A stretch of 64,000 nt of DNA from the human T2T-CHM13v2.0 reference genome, Homo sapiens, in the NCBI RefSeq assembly GCF_009914755.1, contig NC_060931.1; one strand, given 5' to 3'. Below, one piece after another: positions 12,101 to 29,042 of the stretch (positions within the stretch are counted from its first letter, which is position 1; every line of letters starts with the position of its first letter). A program made the translations under genes and the position numbers. The notes under the pieces were generated by a model. The model saw only the letters and a list, made by a program, of their open reading frames with translations, did no database searches and was not told where the DNA came from.

Positions 12101-13710
12101 ATAAAAAAAAACAATTTTATAAGAGATTATGTATAATGTTTTTTCTTTTGTGAGAGTTTTGGCTTTACATTCCAAATCATCAAACAGTAACTTTTAATAA
12201 AATACTGTGAGCTGTGTTACACATTATAGCTTTACGAAAGAATTTAAGACTCTCTTTTGGTGCACTAAAGGTTTAGTCACCATGATCTCAGATCTAATGT
12301 GAATTTAGATATCATTCAACACAGTTTATTCCCTGTGCATTCCTTTAGAAAATATCCAACAAATTAGCAACCACTTGGGTCAGAAACAACTCTTATTGTT
12401 AAAGAACACCTTCATTATGTTGGCTACGCCTATCTGATCTGTTGGTTTTATTTATTCTTTGTGAAGCAATTCAAAATTTTTTCATCCCTTTTTCCACATC
12501 GTAGAACTTGAATATTGAAGAGAATTCCCATTTCTCTACACTTTTGTCTAAATGTATGCTAATATACCTTTTCTTTTAAATTAAATATCTTGCTTCTGTG
12601 GATTTAAATTCATCCTGAATTTCATTAAGAGCCTAAATAAAGCACATTTGTAAGAAGTGATAGGAGTTTTTATTTCCTTGACTTCTTTACAAACCAAGAA
12701 TCTTGATGAGAGTCAAAAGAGGTTGGGGAGGTAAGGAGGGGGTGGGAATTTAGCTTCTTCAAATCCTTTAGAATCCAGAGAGAAATCTCTGGAGAAATTG
12801 CAGTAGAGAAGGCATAGAAAGATAAGCTTTAAAAGTAACAGAATCTGATAATTAGATTTATTTGGGTCATCTCCTTACTATCATCATAATCTACTTTCTC
12901 ATTTAGTGTTATTACACATCAGGTGAAATAATGAGAACACTTTTGTAGTGAACAAACTGAAAGTCTGTTAAAAAGTGAGAAATTTAAAAAAACAGAAAAA
13001 GTCATTAATTTGTAGCTATTTTAAAAATTAGTTAATATTTGTGCATGTATACATCCTAGTTTCCATTACGTAAATTTAGAATGCATTATGTAAAACTTAT
13101 ATAATAGTGAATGGGATTTTACAATTCTAAATGAAAGGTAAAACTAAAACTAGAGTTTTTTCTTTTTAATGTAAATGTTTTACTTATTTTAAATAATATG
13201 ATGAGACATGGCTAACTACTACAGAAATTAAATTTAAACTAGCAAATATGAAATCTTCTAAAACCCAAGATTTACTTTCAATCATGTTCTCATAACATCC
13301 CTTTACAAGATGACTTTTTAAAGTTATCTTCTAGGAAGCAAATGCATTTGGTTTCAATTGCACAGAAACTTATGGTGAAGTTATACACATCATTTGCAAA
13401 CATCTCCATGCACAAAGGCATAATATGGTATTTTACCAAAGTGTATATTGTACATACTGCTCTAAATTTTGTTTTCTGTATGCGTGTGTCTTCTCTTGGT
13501 GGTATTATTTTAAATCAGTTCATGTGATGATACTGTTATTTGGCACTTCATTCTAGTTAACATTAATTTATATATTTTATTTCACAAAAGTGAAATATTT
13601 GCTACATTATTCTAGAGCCATTATGATTTATACATATTTTACAAATCTCACCGGAACAGCAAGAAAGAAAGAAATGCTCAATATGAAGCAAAATTATTTT
13701 CTGTATTCTA

Positions 13711-14075
<365 letters not shown>

Positions 14076-14289
14076 AAGGTAAAATACTGAAGATTAAAAA
14101 TGTATATAATGCATTTACTTCTATAGCTGAACCACGCCGTCTACTGTTTTTGTTTTGCTAGATTCCTTCTTAATTTTTTTCTGAAAATAGTACTCTAGTG
14201 AGGCCCCAATCACTAAACTCTATCCCCAATTTTAGAAGTATCCCCAATTTTAACTAAAGCTTGGCCAATAAAAAAGTTTCTTATCCTTC

Positions 14290-14588
14290 GGACCACAATG
14301 ATTGACACAGGAATCTGATAAAACCTTGAGCTTTTATACAAAAACATTGAGAAAGAGAAAACATCTTGACTACCTGTGCTGATGTAAGCCTGGATCTGTC
14401 AGAGGTCATAGGCTTCCATGGTATGAAGTAAGTCACAAGGGGAATGAGTCCAACTTATCGGATGAGGTTTAGGAGAGAGACAGATGACTGAGAACCTAAA
14501 GACATGATTTAAGCTTGGGATTCCCAACTAAAAACACCAGTAATTCCCCTTTTATTGCTTAACCGAGGTTGACTTAATTTCTCTATTT
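14290..14588 (+). mobile_element. Old MLT1 (J/K-like) LTR, 3' end cut by the adjacent L1
   Basis: GACCACAATGATTG...TAATTCCCCTTTTATTGCTTAACCGAGGTTG resembles the MLT1 3' portion; terminal TAATACA absent. Confidence 0.5.
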
Positions 14589-14589
14589 C

Positions 14590-18693
<4,104 letters not shown>

Positions 18694-18866
18694 AACATGG
18701 GAAAATAGACACTGTAGACTCCTACAGGGGGGAAGGGGAGGTGTGAGTGGGGTGAAAAGCTACCTAATGGGTACTATAGTCACTACCGGGGTGCAATATA
18801 CTTATATAACAAACCTGCACATGTGTCCCCTGTATCTAAACTAAAAATTTAAATTGAAAAAAAGAA
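18694..18866 (+). mobile_element. L1PA16/L1PB 3' end fragment
   Basis: AATAGACACTGTAGACT...AACAAACCTGCACATGTGTCCCCTGTATCTAAA plus A-rich tail. Confidence 0.8.
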
Positions 18867-19789
18867 AATGAAGAGTATGGAACAAAGCCATATGCCGTTG
18901 TTATTATTTTGTCAAAGAAAGAAGGAAAAAGGGAGAAGGAAGGAAGGAAGGTAGTCAGAAAGAGGGGAGTGAAGGGAAGGTTTTTCAGAAAATGATTTTA
19001 AAAATATTAATTTTTGAAGTGGGGTATGATTACAAGAAAATTAGAATACCTTGGGAAAATTCCTTTAGAAAACAATTAAGAATTTTATTACAACTATTTT
19101 TATTACAGGGATAGAAATACAGTTTCTTATGTGTATATGGAACTGTAACATTCTCAAATATTTGCAGGCATTATTAGGAAGACAGATTATGAAATCTTTC
19201 TACTCATTATTTTAACTTCAACTTTATTTGTCCTACATGGCAAGCCTAGCATGTCATTAAAAATAGAACTTTAAAATAGTGAGTAATAGTGGTTGAAAAT
19301 TGACTGGTAATATTGCAAACTATTTACAAAAGATAAAAGATAAAAGGAACTCCTCAATCCCCAAACTACTAAAAAGGCAAATTTTCAAAGCTTTGAAGAA
19401 ACAGTAGTATAAAGGAACACATGTACAAACTATTTAAAAATATTCTTACATACTTTCACATAAATATATTTAATGTCTAATAAATTTCTAGAGATTATGG
19501 TTTGACCAAAAAAATAAACAAGGAAGGGACTTTCCTGCCTTTCAATTTTCTTGGATTTAAGCAGAAGGAATGGCAGAGTTTCCTGCTGCTGATTTCACAT
19601 ATTTCCTCCTCCTATATGTAAGTATTTACTCTCAATCTTTATACTGTGGAACAACTTAAAGCAATTTGAGAAGGCAGATGAAAGTTAAAATCACAAAATG
19701 ATAAGTTATCTCTTAAAAGTGTTTAGAATTTTTGTACTAAGCACAAAACAATGCCTCTCAATTTAAAGACAATCTCAACAAATTATACT

Positions 19790-20657
19790 ATGCTAGACAG
19801 CCTCTAAAATGGCCCCAGTAATCCATTCCTTGTAGTATTCACAGCCCTGTGCAATTCTCTTCCCTTGAGTTACTTGCTTCTAACCAACAGAATATGGCAA
19901 TGATGATGGGATGTCACTTACGTGATTATGTTTCTAAAGATTGTGACTTTCACCAGGCTAGCCATCTCTATTGTTTTCATGGCTTGCATATTGTGATGAA
20001 GTAACCTGTCCTGTTGAAGAGGCACACATGGCAGAAAACTGAGGGCAGCCTCCAGCATATAGCCAGATTGAGACCCTCAGTCCAGCACCCTTAGAGGAAC
20101 TGAATACTGCCTGAAACCACAAAGGCAAATGACATTGGAGCCTTCAGATATGACTGCAGACACCAAGCCCATATCTTTTTTAAAATTGATATATAATGGT
20201 TGTACATTACAGTTGGGTTTACTTGTGGTATTTTGATACCTGAATACAATGTGTATTATCAAATCAGGATAATTGAGACATTCATCACCCCAAATATTAA
20301 TTTTTCTGTTGGAAAGAACACAAATATTCTCTTATAGCTATTTTGAAACATACAATAAATACAACAATTTGTTAAGAGATAGGCAATGTAAAATATGTAA
20401 ACTGTGACATCAAAAATTCAAGATGGAGTGAGGGGAGAAGGGAATTAATGGGCACAGGTGTTTCTTTGGTTGGTTTGTTTGTTTCTTTTCTTTTTTTTTT
20501 GTGACCTCACATTTTAATTTCTGTTTTATGGAAAATCATATAAGATAAGTCATGCCTAGGTTATTGATCCACAGAAACTGAGATAATGAATGTGTATTGT
20601 TTTAAGCTGCTAAATTAGGGGATAATTTGTTATGGAACAGTCAGTAACTAATATACA
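19790..20657 (+). mobile_element. MLT1F-type LTR interrupted by L1 sequence at ~20172-20520
   Basis: CCTCTAAAATGGCCCCAG...CTTGCTTCTAACCAACAGAATATGGC; resumes ACAGAAACTGAGATAATG...TAACTAATATACA. Confidence 0.8.
20175..20360 (-). mobile_element. L1MA 3' end nested in MLT1F
   Basis: TTGATATATAATGGTTGTACATT...ATCAAATCAGGATAATTG...TAGCTATTTTGAAACATACAATAAAT. Confidence 0.75.
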
Positions 20658-22224
20658 AAAGTTACTTTCATCATGTTGAATTCAAATACAAAATTAGTGG
20701 GGCTAATGTATTTATAATATTACCTAATGTTAACAAGTGTGTAGAAATACTGAATTCCAGTTGCTTCCATATACTTTAAACAAGTGGAATTTACTATTTC
20801 ATAAATGTAACTTATCCAGTTTCATCTGTTACTACTGAACTCAAAGAGGAAGAGGAATGAAATTAAAAGTGAGAAGAATTTTTCCAGAATAAAGAACACT
20901 GTACTTATATAGTGGGATTGTAGCATTTGGCTAATCATAAATAAGATAATATCCAAAATGTTCTATATCCATAAAGAGCATTCGCATATATATTGTATTT
21001 ATTCTGTTTTTACCATAACTATTTATTGACCATTTACTTTTTATCAGAAATTGTTATAGGTATGTGAACCACAGTGGTAAGCAGTATGTTTTATTTTTCT
21101 TACCTTCAGCTATAACCTTAGAGGTTGTAGGTCAATGCAAAACTTGAACTCTCGTTCCCTAAATCCACATCCATCACCATCCCTCTAACCATGTGGCCTG
21201 TAAGATTTGATCCTTAATGGCCTGAGTTTTAAATTATTACTAAAACTATAGTTAGATATTCACATATGTTCTTTTAATACTGTTTATCTACAATATTTAT
21301 TATTAATGAGAGACCATTTCTCACCTTGTACAGTGTGCCTGCATCAGATAGCTATTCCTCTGGTAAAATGTCTATAGCATCTTCACTGTCACTTATCAAA
21401 AATGTTAACTTTTATGTGCATAAAAAGTATTTAATGAAATAAGTAATTTCAGTGCTCAATGTTTTATGGTGTTTATAAAACCAAGATATATTCATGAATA
21501 TAAATTTCAAATTGGCATACACATATACATATATATTAAATAAATATGGGTGTAGGGCAAAATAAATGTTCAAATATGCAGCCATTTCCCATCTAAATAA
21601 TGTCATTCAAATGTGATAAGGCAAGAAAGTGAAATTTCCTCCTCATAAAATGTATTCCTGGTGATTCATACTTCTGTAGCTAGAGCAGACCATGCCATCT
21701 GGTATACAAAGTGAATGCTACCAGGAACAGTGGGACAACAAACTCATAAGCCCAGAAACTCATGATTTCAGAATTCAATAGATTTCACTGAGATTTATTT
21801 GAAGACATTGAAAGTTACAAAATAATACTGTTTTTTTTTTTTTTTAGATAAGGAATGGAAGGTTATATCTCTCTGTGATAACAAAGGCATAGTGCTATTA
21901 GTTACTAATCCTTTTCCTCCTTCTCGCTACTCCATCTCACCGCACACATGGAAATTTATATTTCAAAACCTTGTGCACTAATAAGGTATCTCAGTTCAAG
22001 TGATCATCCAGAAACATATCATCAAATAAAATGCTAGAAACAGTAGAAATAAATTGAACAAAAATAGCACTTGATCTTTTTAAGGAGAAAATCATAAAAG
22101 CAGCTAAAGACCAAAGGAAGCAGACATCACTGAGAACATCTTATATGTGTGGAAAAAGCCCAGATATAAGTGCTTGGTGTCAATGTGATTAATATGTGTA
22201 ACAAAAGGCTAAGGGAGAATAAAA

Positions 22225-22425
22225 GCTTAATAACAGAATCACATTAACAGTCACAGCCTAAATTCAAATCTATGCTTCATTTTTATCTTCTTCAAAACCC
22301 AGTTTCACTTCATTGTGAAAACAGAGGTAATTTTGGTATGCATCTCAAAGGATTATTGTGAATATTACATTAAACAATATAAATAAAACAAAAAGGATAG
22401 TTCCTATCACATAGTAAGAACATTA
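22225..22425 (+). mobile_element. MIR
   Basis: CCCAGTTTC...GGATTATTGTGAATATTA...CACATAGTAAG. Confidence 0.6.
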
Positions 22426-23635
22426 ACATTGGAGAATGTTTAATACTGGAAAAGATAACTACAAGAAAGTGCTACATTGAGCTGGAATGACAGCACTATT
22501 AAGTTCACTCTGATTCAATCTTCCACCATTTGTATAGTCTAATTCATTGCCTAGACCCTAGTCCCATAGTCACACCAAATTTCAGGGAGACTGTGAAATG
22601 TAATCAAGGTTTAGTTACAAAAAGGAAGAGAAGAATGTATGTTGGAATATGCAACTGTCACTTTCTGACACAAACGTGTTGCCATTTAAGTATAAATTTG
22701 AACTGAACCCATTGCTCATTAATAATTATATACTAAATATTCAGCTGCTTCTGGAATCTTGATAGCTGATGACTAACTGTAGCATCATGACATATTCCCC
22801 TAAAGTTTTCCCTTTGCACTCTTGATCATAACTTAAATAAGGCTGAAATAAGGCAGACACCTGTCTGTTCCACTATCCCCAATTTTCTTTTTTTTTAATT
22901 TTTGAAAATTTTTATTTTTATTTTAAGTTCTGGTATACATGTGCAGAATGTGCAGGTTTGTTACATAGGTAAACAAGTGCCCTGGTGATTTGCTGCACCT
23001 ATCAACCCATCACCTGGGTATTAAGCCCAGCATGCATCAGCTATTTTTCCTAATACTCGCCCTCCCCCCACCCTACCCCCCAACAGGCCTGAGGGTATAT
23101 TGTTCGTCTCCCTATGTCCATGTGTCATTGTTCAGCTCCCACTTATAAGTGAGAACCTGTGGTGTTTGGTTTTCTGTTTCTTTGTTAATTTGCTGAGGAT
23201 AGTGGCTTCCAGCTCCATCCATGTCCCTGCAAAGAACATCATCTTGTTCCTTTTCATGGCTGCACAGTATTCCATAGTATATATGTACCACATTTTTTTA
23301 ATCCAGTCTATCACTGATGGGCATTTGGGTTGATTCCATGTCTTTGCTATTGTGAATAGTACTGCAATGAACATACGCATGCATGCATCTTTGTAATAGA
23401 ATGATTTATAATCCTTTGGGTATATATCCATTAATGAGATATATTAATGACCTTTGGGGAATTGCCACACCATTTTCACAATGGTTAAACTAATTTACAT
23501 TCCCACCAACACTGTAAAAGTATTCCTATTTCTCCACATCTATTGTTTCTTGACTTTTTAATAATTGGCATTCTGACTAGTGTGAGATAGTATCTCATTG
23601 TAGTTTTGATTTGCATTTCTCTAATGATCAGTGAT

Positions 23636-24007
23636 TGATATAATTTGGCTCTGTGTTCCCACCCAAATCTCATCGTGTAGCTCCCATAATTCCCATGTGT
23701 TGTGGGAGGGACCCAGTGGGAGATGAATGAATTAATGGGGCGAGTCTTTCCTGTGCTGTTGTGATAGTGAATGGGTCTCATGAGATCTAATGGTTTAAAA
23801 ACAGGAGTTGCTCTGCACAAACTCTTTTTTTGCTGCTGCCTTGCATGTAAGATGTGATTTGCTCCTCCTAGCTTTCTGCCATGATTGCGAGGCCCTCCCC
23901 ACCCATGTGGAACTGTAATAATAAGAAAGAGTAATAAACCTCTTCCTTTTGTAAATTGCCCAGGCTTGGGTATGTCTTTATCAGCAGCATGAAAACAGAC
24001 TAATACA
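23636..24007 (+). mobile_element. THE1A/B solo LTR nested in L1
   Basis: TGATA...CAGACTAATACA with perfect 5-bp TSD GTGAT (23631-35 / 24008-12). Confidence 0.95.
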
Positions 24008-25046
24008 GTGATGTTGAACTTTTTTTCATATGTTTGTTGGCCACATGGATGTCTTCTTTTGAGAAGTGTCTGTTCATGTTCTTTGCCTACTTTTTAATGG
24101 AGTCATTTGTTTTTTCTTGTAAATTTGTTTTAGTTCTTTGTAGATTTTGGATATTAGATCTTTGTCAGATGGATAGATTGCAAAAATTTCCTCACATTCT
24201 GTAAGTTGCCTGTTTGCCCTGATGATAGTTTCTTTTGCTGTGTAGAAGCTCTTTAGTTTAATTGGATTCCATTTATCAACTTTTGCTTTTGTTGCAATTG
24301 CTTTTGGTGATTTAGTAATGAAATCTTTGCCTGTGCCTATGTCTTGAATGATTGCCTAGATTTTCTTCAGGCATTTTTAGACTGAAACAGGAAGAAGTTG
24401 AATCCCTGAATAGATGAATAACAAGTTCTGAAATTGAGGCAGTAATAAATAACCTACCAATAAAAAACAGCCCAGGACCAGATGGATTTACAGTTGAATT
24501 CTACCAGAAATACAAAGAGGAGCTAATACCCTTTCTTCTGAAACCATTCCAAATGGTGGAAAAGGAGGGACTCCTCCCTAACTCATTCTATGAAGCTAGC
24601 GTCATCCTGATGCCAAAACCTAACAGAGCTACAAAAAAAAAAGAAAACTTCAGACCAATATTCCTGATGAAAATCAATGCAAAAATTCTCAATAAAATAC
24701 TAGCAAACTGAACACAGCAGTATGTCAAAAAGCTTGTCCCACAATCAAGTTGGCTTCATCCATGGGATGCAAGACTGGTTTAACACACACAAGTCAGTAA
24801 ATGCAATTCATCACATAAATAGATCTAAAGACGAAAACCACATGATTATCTCAATAAATGCAGAAAAGGCCTTTGATAAAATTCAACCTCCCTTCATGTT
24901 AAAAACACTCAATAAACTAGGTACTGAAGGAACATACCTCAAAATAATAAGAGCCATTTATGACAAACCCAGAGCAAATATCAACCTGAATGGGCAAAAG
25001 CTGGAAGCATTCTCCTTGAAAACCAGCACAAGACAAGGATGTCCTC

Positions 25047-25495
25047 TATATTAGTCAGGGTTCTCTAGAGGGACAGAATTAATAGGATAGATGCATATAT
25101 AAAGAGGAGTTTATTAAGGAGTGTTGACTCGTGGAATCACAAGGTACGGTCCAATAGTAGGCTGTCTGCAAGCTGAGGAGCAAGGAAGCCAGTCCGAGTC
25201 CCAAAGCTGAAGAACTTGGAGTCTGATGTTTGAGCACAGAAAGCATCCAGCATAGGAGAAAGATGTAAGCTGCAGGCTAAGCCAGTCTAGTCTTTTCAGT
25301 TTCTTCTGCCTAATTTTATTCTGGCCACACTGGCAGCTGATTAGATGGTGCCCACCCAGATTAAGGGTGGGTCTGCCTTTCCCAGTTCACTGACTCAAAT
25401 GTTAATCTCCTTTGGCAACACCCTCACAGACACACCCAGGGACAATATCTTGCATACTTCAATCCAATCAAGTTGACACTCAATTAACCATTACA
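25047..25495 (-). mobile_element. MLT2A1 (HERV-L) solo LTR nested in the inverted L1 segment
   Basis: TATTAGTCAGGGTTCTCTAGAGGGACAGAA...CAATCCAATCAAGTTGACACTCAATTAACCATTACA. Confidence 0.92.
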
Positions 25496-26293
25496 TTTCA
25501 CTACTCCTATTCAAAATAGTATTGGAAGTTCTGGCCAGGGAAATCAGGCAAGATAAAGAAATAAAGGGTATTCAAATAGGAAGAGAACAAGTCAAATTGT
25601 CATTGCTTGCAGATGACATGATCCCATATCTAGAAAACCCCGTCATCTCAGCCCAAAAACTTCTTAAGCTGATATGTAACTTCAGCAAAATCTCAGGATA
25701 TCCCTCAATTTCCATCACAAAACAAATATACAATTGGCCTTATAATCTGAAGGGAAATAAAGCAAGACTTGGTAGAGAGAGTTGAGAAGTTCACTTCTGA
25801 AGTACGGAGAATCTCTAAATTTCTTTCAGCACTCTATAAACTTATTATACATTTTTCTATAAGAATAGCGTTTTTCCTTTCATTGCAGGAAGCATGCCAA
25901 TCTCCAAATCTCTGTCATATATGCTTCTGGTTAGGAAACATTTTTTTAAAAAGGGTTTTTTTTTAATTTGTTTTTTGTTGTTGTTTGTTTTTGTTTTCGT
26001 TTGTTTGTTTTTAAAAAAGGAGACACAAAATAAGAGTTGGGGTGATGGACAGGGAGAGAATGTAGAGAAGGAAGAAATGAATGTGAAGATGAAGGAACAC
26101 ATTCCCCCACTTCTCAAGTCCACCTAGGGGTAGTGGACCCTGTGATACCCTCTTTTAAGGAAGCCACCACTTGCTGTGCCCTATGTGATAAGGTAGAGTT
26201 GCACTTGGAATACTTGCTCTTAGGAGCTCCTTTGCTTTTTGAGCCTCTCTCTAGGTCTGTGTTTGTTGTTTTTCCTGAAGAAATACCTTTCTC

Positions 26294-26554
26294 GGCTGGG
26301 GGCGGTGGCTCACGCCTGTAATCCCAGCACTTTGGGAGGCCGTGGCAGGTGGATCACGAGGTCAGGAAATCGAGACCATCCTGGCTAACACAGTGAAACC
26401 CCGTCTCTACCAAAAATACAAAAAAAAATTAGCCGGATGTGGTGGAATGGCGTGAACCCGGGAGGCGAAGCTTGCAGTGAGCCAAGGTCGCGCCAGTGCA
26501 CTCCAGCCTGGGCGACAGAGGAAGACTCCAACTCAAAAAAAAAAAAAAAAAAGA
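26294..26554 (+). mobile_element. AluY with 43-bp right-arm deletion
   Basis: Y-diagnostic CATCCTGGCTAACAC and GGCGTGAACCCGGG; perfect 16-bp TSD AAGAAATACCTTTCTC (26278-93 / 26555-70). Confidence 0.95.
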
Positions 26555-26684
26555 AAGAAATACCTTTCTCCATGTTCTCTATGTGGTAAAATCTTACTAA
26601 TCCTCTGAAATACAGTTCGATTTTGGTAGTTATGCCACTGCCATTTATCTGTCCTAAAGCACAAGCATATATCCTTGCTACTCA

Positions 26685-26792
26685 TCAGCTAGGAGCTTAT
26701 TAGAAATGCAGATGTTCAGATATATTAATCAGCATCACATGTGACAAAATCTTCAGATGATTTGTATGTACGTTAGAGTTTAAGAAGTATTA
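26685..26792 (+). mobile_element. MER5A1 fragment
   Basis: GAGCTTATTAGAAATGCAGAT...GATGATTTGTATGTACGTTAGAGTTTAAGAAG. Confidence 0.6.
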
Positions 26793-27045
26793 GTTCCCAT
26801 TGCCAATCATTTTAATCATTTTATATTTTAAAAATTTATGTACATAGAATATCTAATTTTATCGTGAGCAACGATAGGTAAAATATAATTTATTTATATT
26901 TGAATCAACAGCTTTTAACATTGTATTTGTTCAGTAAGTATACTATAAGTAAGTGAAAATAATTTGAAAAGTACCTGTAGTGAAAAAAAATTAGTCAAGA
27001 AATGTAAATGTCAAATGTTGATCAATAATTATTACAAATACTGTC

Positions 27046-27510
27046 ATTAACTATATTCACCATTCTGCTCTCTGCTTCTATGAGTTCAATTTTTTATATT
27101 CCACATATAAGTGAGAACATTTGTCTTTCTGAGTTTGGCTCATTTCACTTAGCATAATGTCTCCAATTCCATCTATGTTGTGGTAAATAACAGAATTTCT
27201 TCTTCTTTTCAGTACGAGTAGTATTCTACTGTGGATATATACCACATTTTCTTTATCCATTATTTCATTGATGGATAAAACTTAGGTTGGTTCTTTAACT
27301 GTACATTTCAATATTGCTAAGAGAGTATATCTCAAATGGTCTCATCACAAAAAAATGTCAAATATTTCGGGTGATAGTTAAGTTGCTTAGCTTGATTTAA
27401 TACTACATTACACATTGTATTCAAATATCATAATATCACTTTTTACCCCATAAACATATATAATGACAATTTGTCCATATATAATTTTAAAAATTAAAAA
27501 TATACTAAAA
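27046..27510 (+). mobile_element. L1MA 3' end with inverted 5' part (minus 27046-27293; plus 27294-27510)
   Basis: Minus-strand 3'UTR (TCCACATATAAGTGAGAACAT) abuts plus-strand ATTGCTAAGAGAG...TACCCCATAAACATATA and A-tail. Confidence 0.75.
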
Positions 27511-28040
27511 ATAGATACCTAATGATTATATTTTATTACTTAAAATTTTCAAAGCAACTAGTAGTAATATCATTTTTCTTACATTGCTGGTGAACAGAAC
27601 AAAATGCCACGTTATACCCCAATATTCACAATTATTATTTGTCAGTTTTAAAAACAAAAAATATTTTATTCATCTTAATATATTTATGTAACTTGGAAAA
27701 TGATATTTTTTACTTCTCCAGGACAGAACTTGAGAAAAGGAAAACTCTTTGCTAAAAGAACAACTGAGTCATAATTAAGGTGTTTATTTCAAAGGCTTCC
27801 TTTGTATATGCAGAAAGACATCACTAAGAGTATCATACTTCAGAAATTTATCTACTATCTTGTTCTTTTAGGCCTGAAAAAGGACACTAAACATAACTCT
27901 AAAAAATGAATTAATAACTTTTTGGGAAAAGAGGCAGCTTGTAAGTTATAAGAAATCTATTTGCTTCTTTTTCATTTTGTATTAAAATTACATTGTCTTT
28001 AAAAATTAGTATTTTTTCTCTTGGAAAGGGTGTATGTAAA

Positions 28041-28066
28041 TGTGTGTGTGCGTGTGTGTGTGTGTG
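28041..28066. repeat. (TG)n microsatellite
   Basis: 13 units, one CG interruption. Confidence 0.9.
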
Positions 28067-28626
28067 TTTGGTTGAACAACTACACTGTGGATGCCTGTGA
28101 TAATAAATGGGTATGTCTGCATCTCCCACTGGGAGGGAGATCTTTAAATAAAACTGTTTTGAAGGGCTCAAGCCCTTGCTGTACTTTATGGGGTGACTAA
28201 GAGCAGCCAGATACCCTAGACTTTGACATTCTGTTTTTCAAACATCATTATGCATGTTTTGTGGAACTCCAGCTCTGGTGTTAGTTTTAAAGGAATATCT
28301 CAGAATTAGGGAAATGCACTACCCATGAAATAACGGACTGATTGATGGGCACGGGGTAAGACCAATTCCTCTTGGAAGGAGACTTCTAATTGCTGAGTGA
28401 AGAGCAGAATGCTAGAGCTGAAGAGTATGAGGCATGCAGCAGGGAGTCAGCAGTGAGAATGCCCATTGAGAGAGTTTAACTTCCCCTTAATCCAGGCACT
28501 GCCAACCCAGGTGCCTCCCATGTGAGGCAGGCAACAGAAATGGATCTAGCTGCCAGGTGGAAGGGTGTCTGCATATTCAGTGTGAGTGGTAGAAAAATGA
28601 GAAAGCACATTTTTGGTTTAAGTGGG

Positions 28627-29042
28627 TGGCTTAGTTTGCTCGGCTGCTACAACGAATGCCATAGACAGGGAGGCTGAAACAATAGAAATAGATTTCTCAC
28701 AGTTCTGGAGACTGGGAAGTCCAAGATTAAGGTCCAAGCTGGTGGAAGATTCATTTCCTGGTGAGGGCCCATTTCCTGGCTTGTAGGCAGCAACCTTCTT
28801 GCTGTGTCCTCATGTGGCCTTTTCTCAGGGCAATCACATGAAGAGAGAGGAAGAAAGAGAGACAGATCTTTCTGTTATTCTGTTCTTAAAAGTACATTAT
28901 TCCATCCTGAGTGGTCTACACTCATGACCTCATCTTAACCTAATTATCTCCCAAAGGCTTCACATCCAAATACCGTTTCAATGGGAGTTAGGGCTTCAAA
29001 GTATGAATTTCAGGGAGAACATTAAGCATTCAGTCCATAACA
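28627..29042 (-). mobile_element. MLT1A0/A1 LTR
   Basis: CTTAGTTTGCTCGGCTGCTAC...CTCACAGTTCTGGAGACTGGGAAGTCCAAGAT...CATTCAGTCCATAACA. Confidence 0.85.

Larger units (their letters stand above)
22888..25698 (-). mobile_element. L1PA8-10 with twin-priming 5' inversion (minus 22888-24378; plus 24379-25698)
   Basis: 3'UTR TTAAGCCCAGCATGCA; strand switch at ~24379; TSD TATCCCCAATTTTC (22874-87) / TATCCCTCAATTTC (25699-712). Confidence 0.92.

Noticed and set aside
23890-23910. PRDM9 hotspot motif in THE1A
   Set aside because: Sequence is CCTCCCCACCCAT, which mismatches CCNCCNTNNCCNC at two key positions
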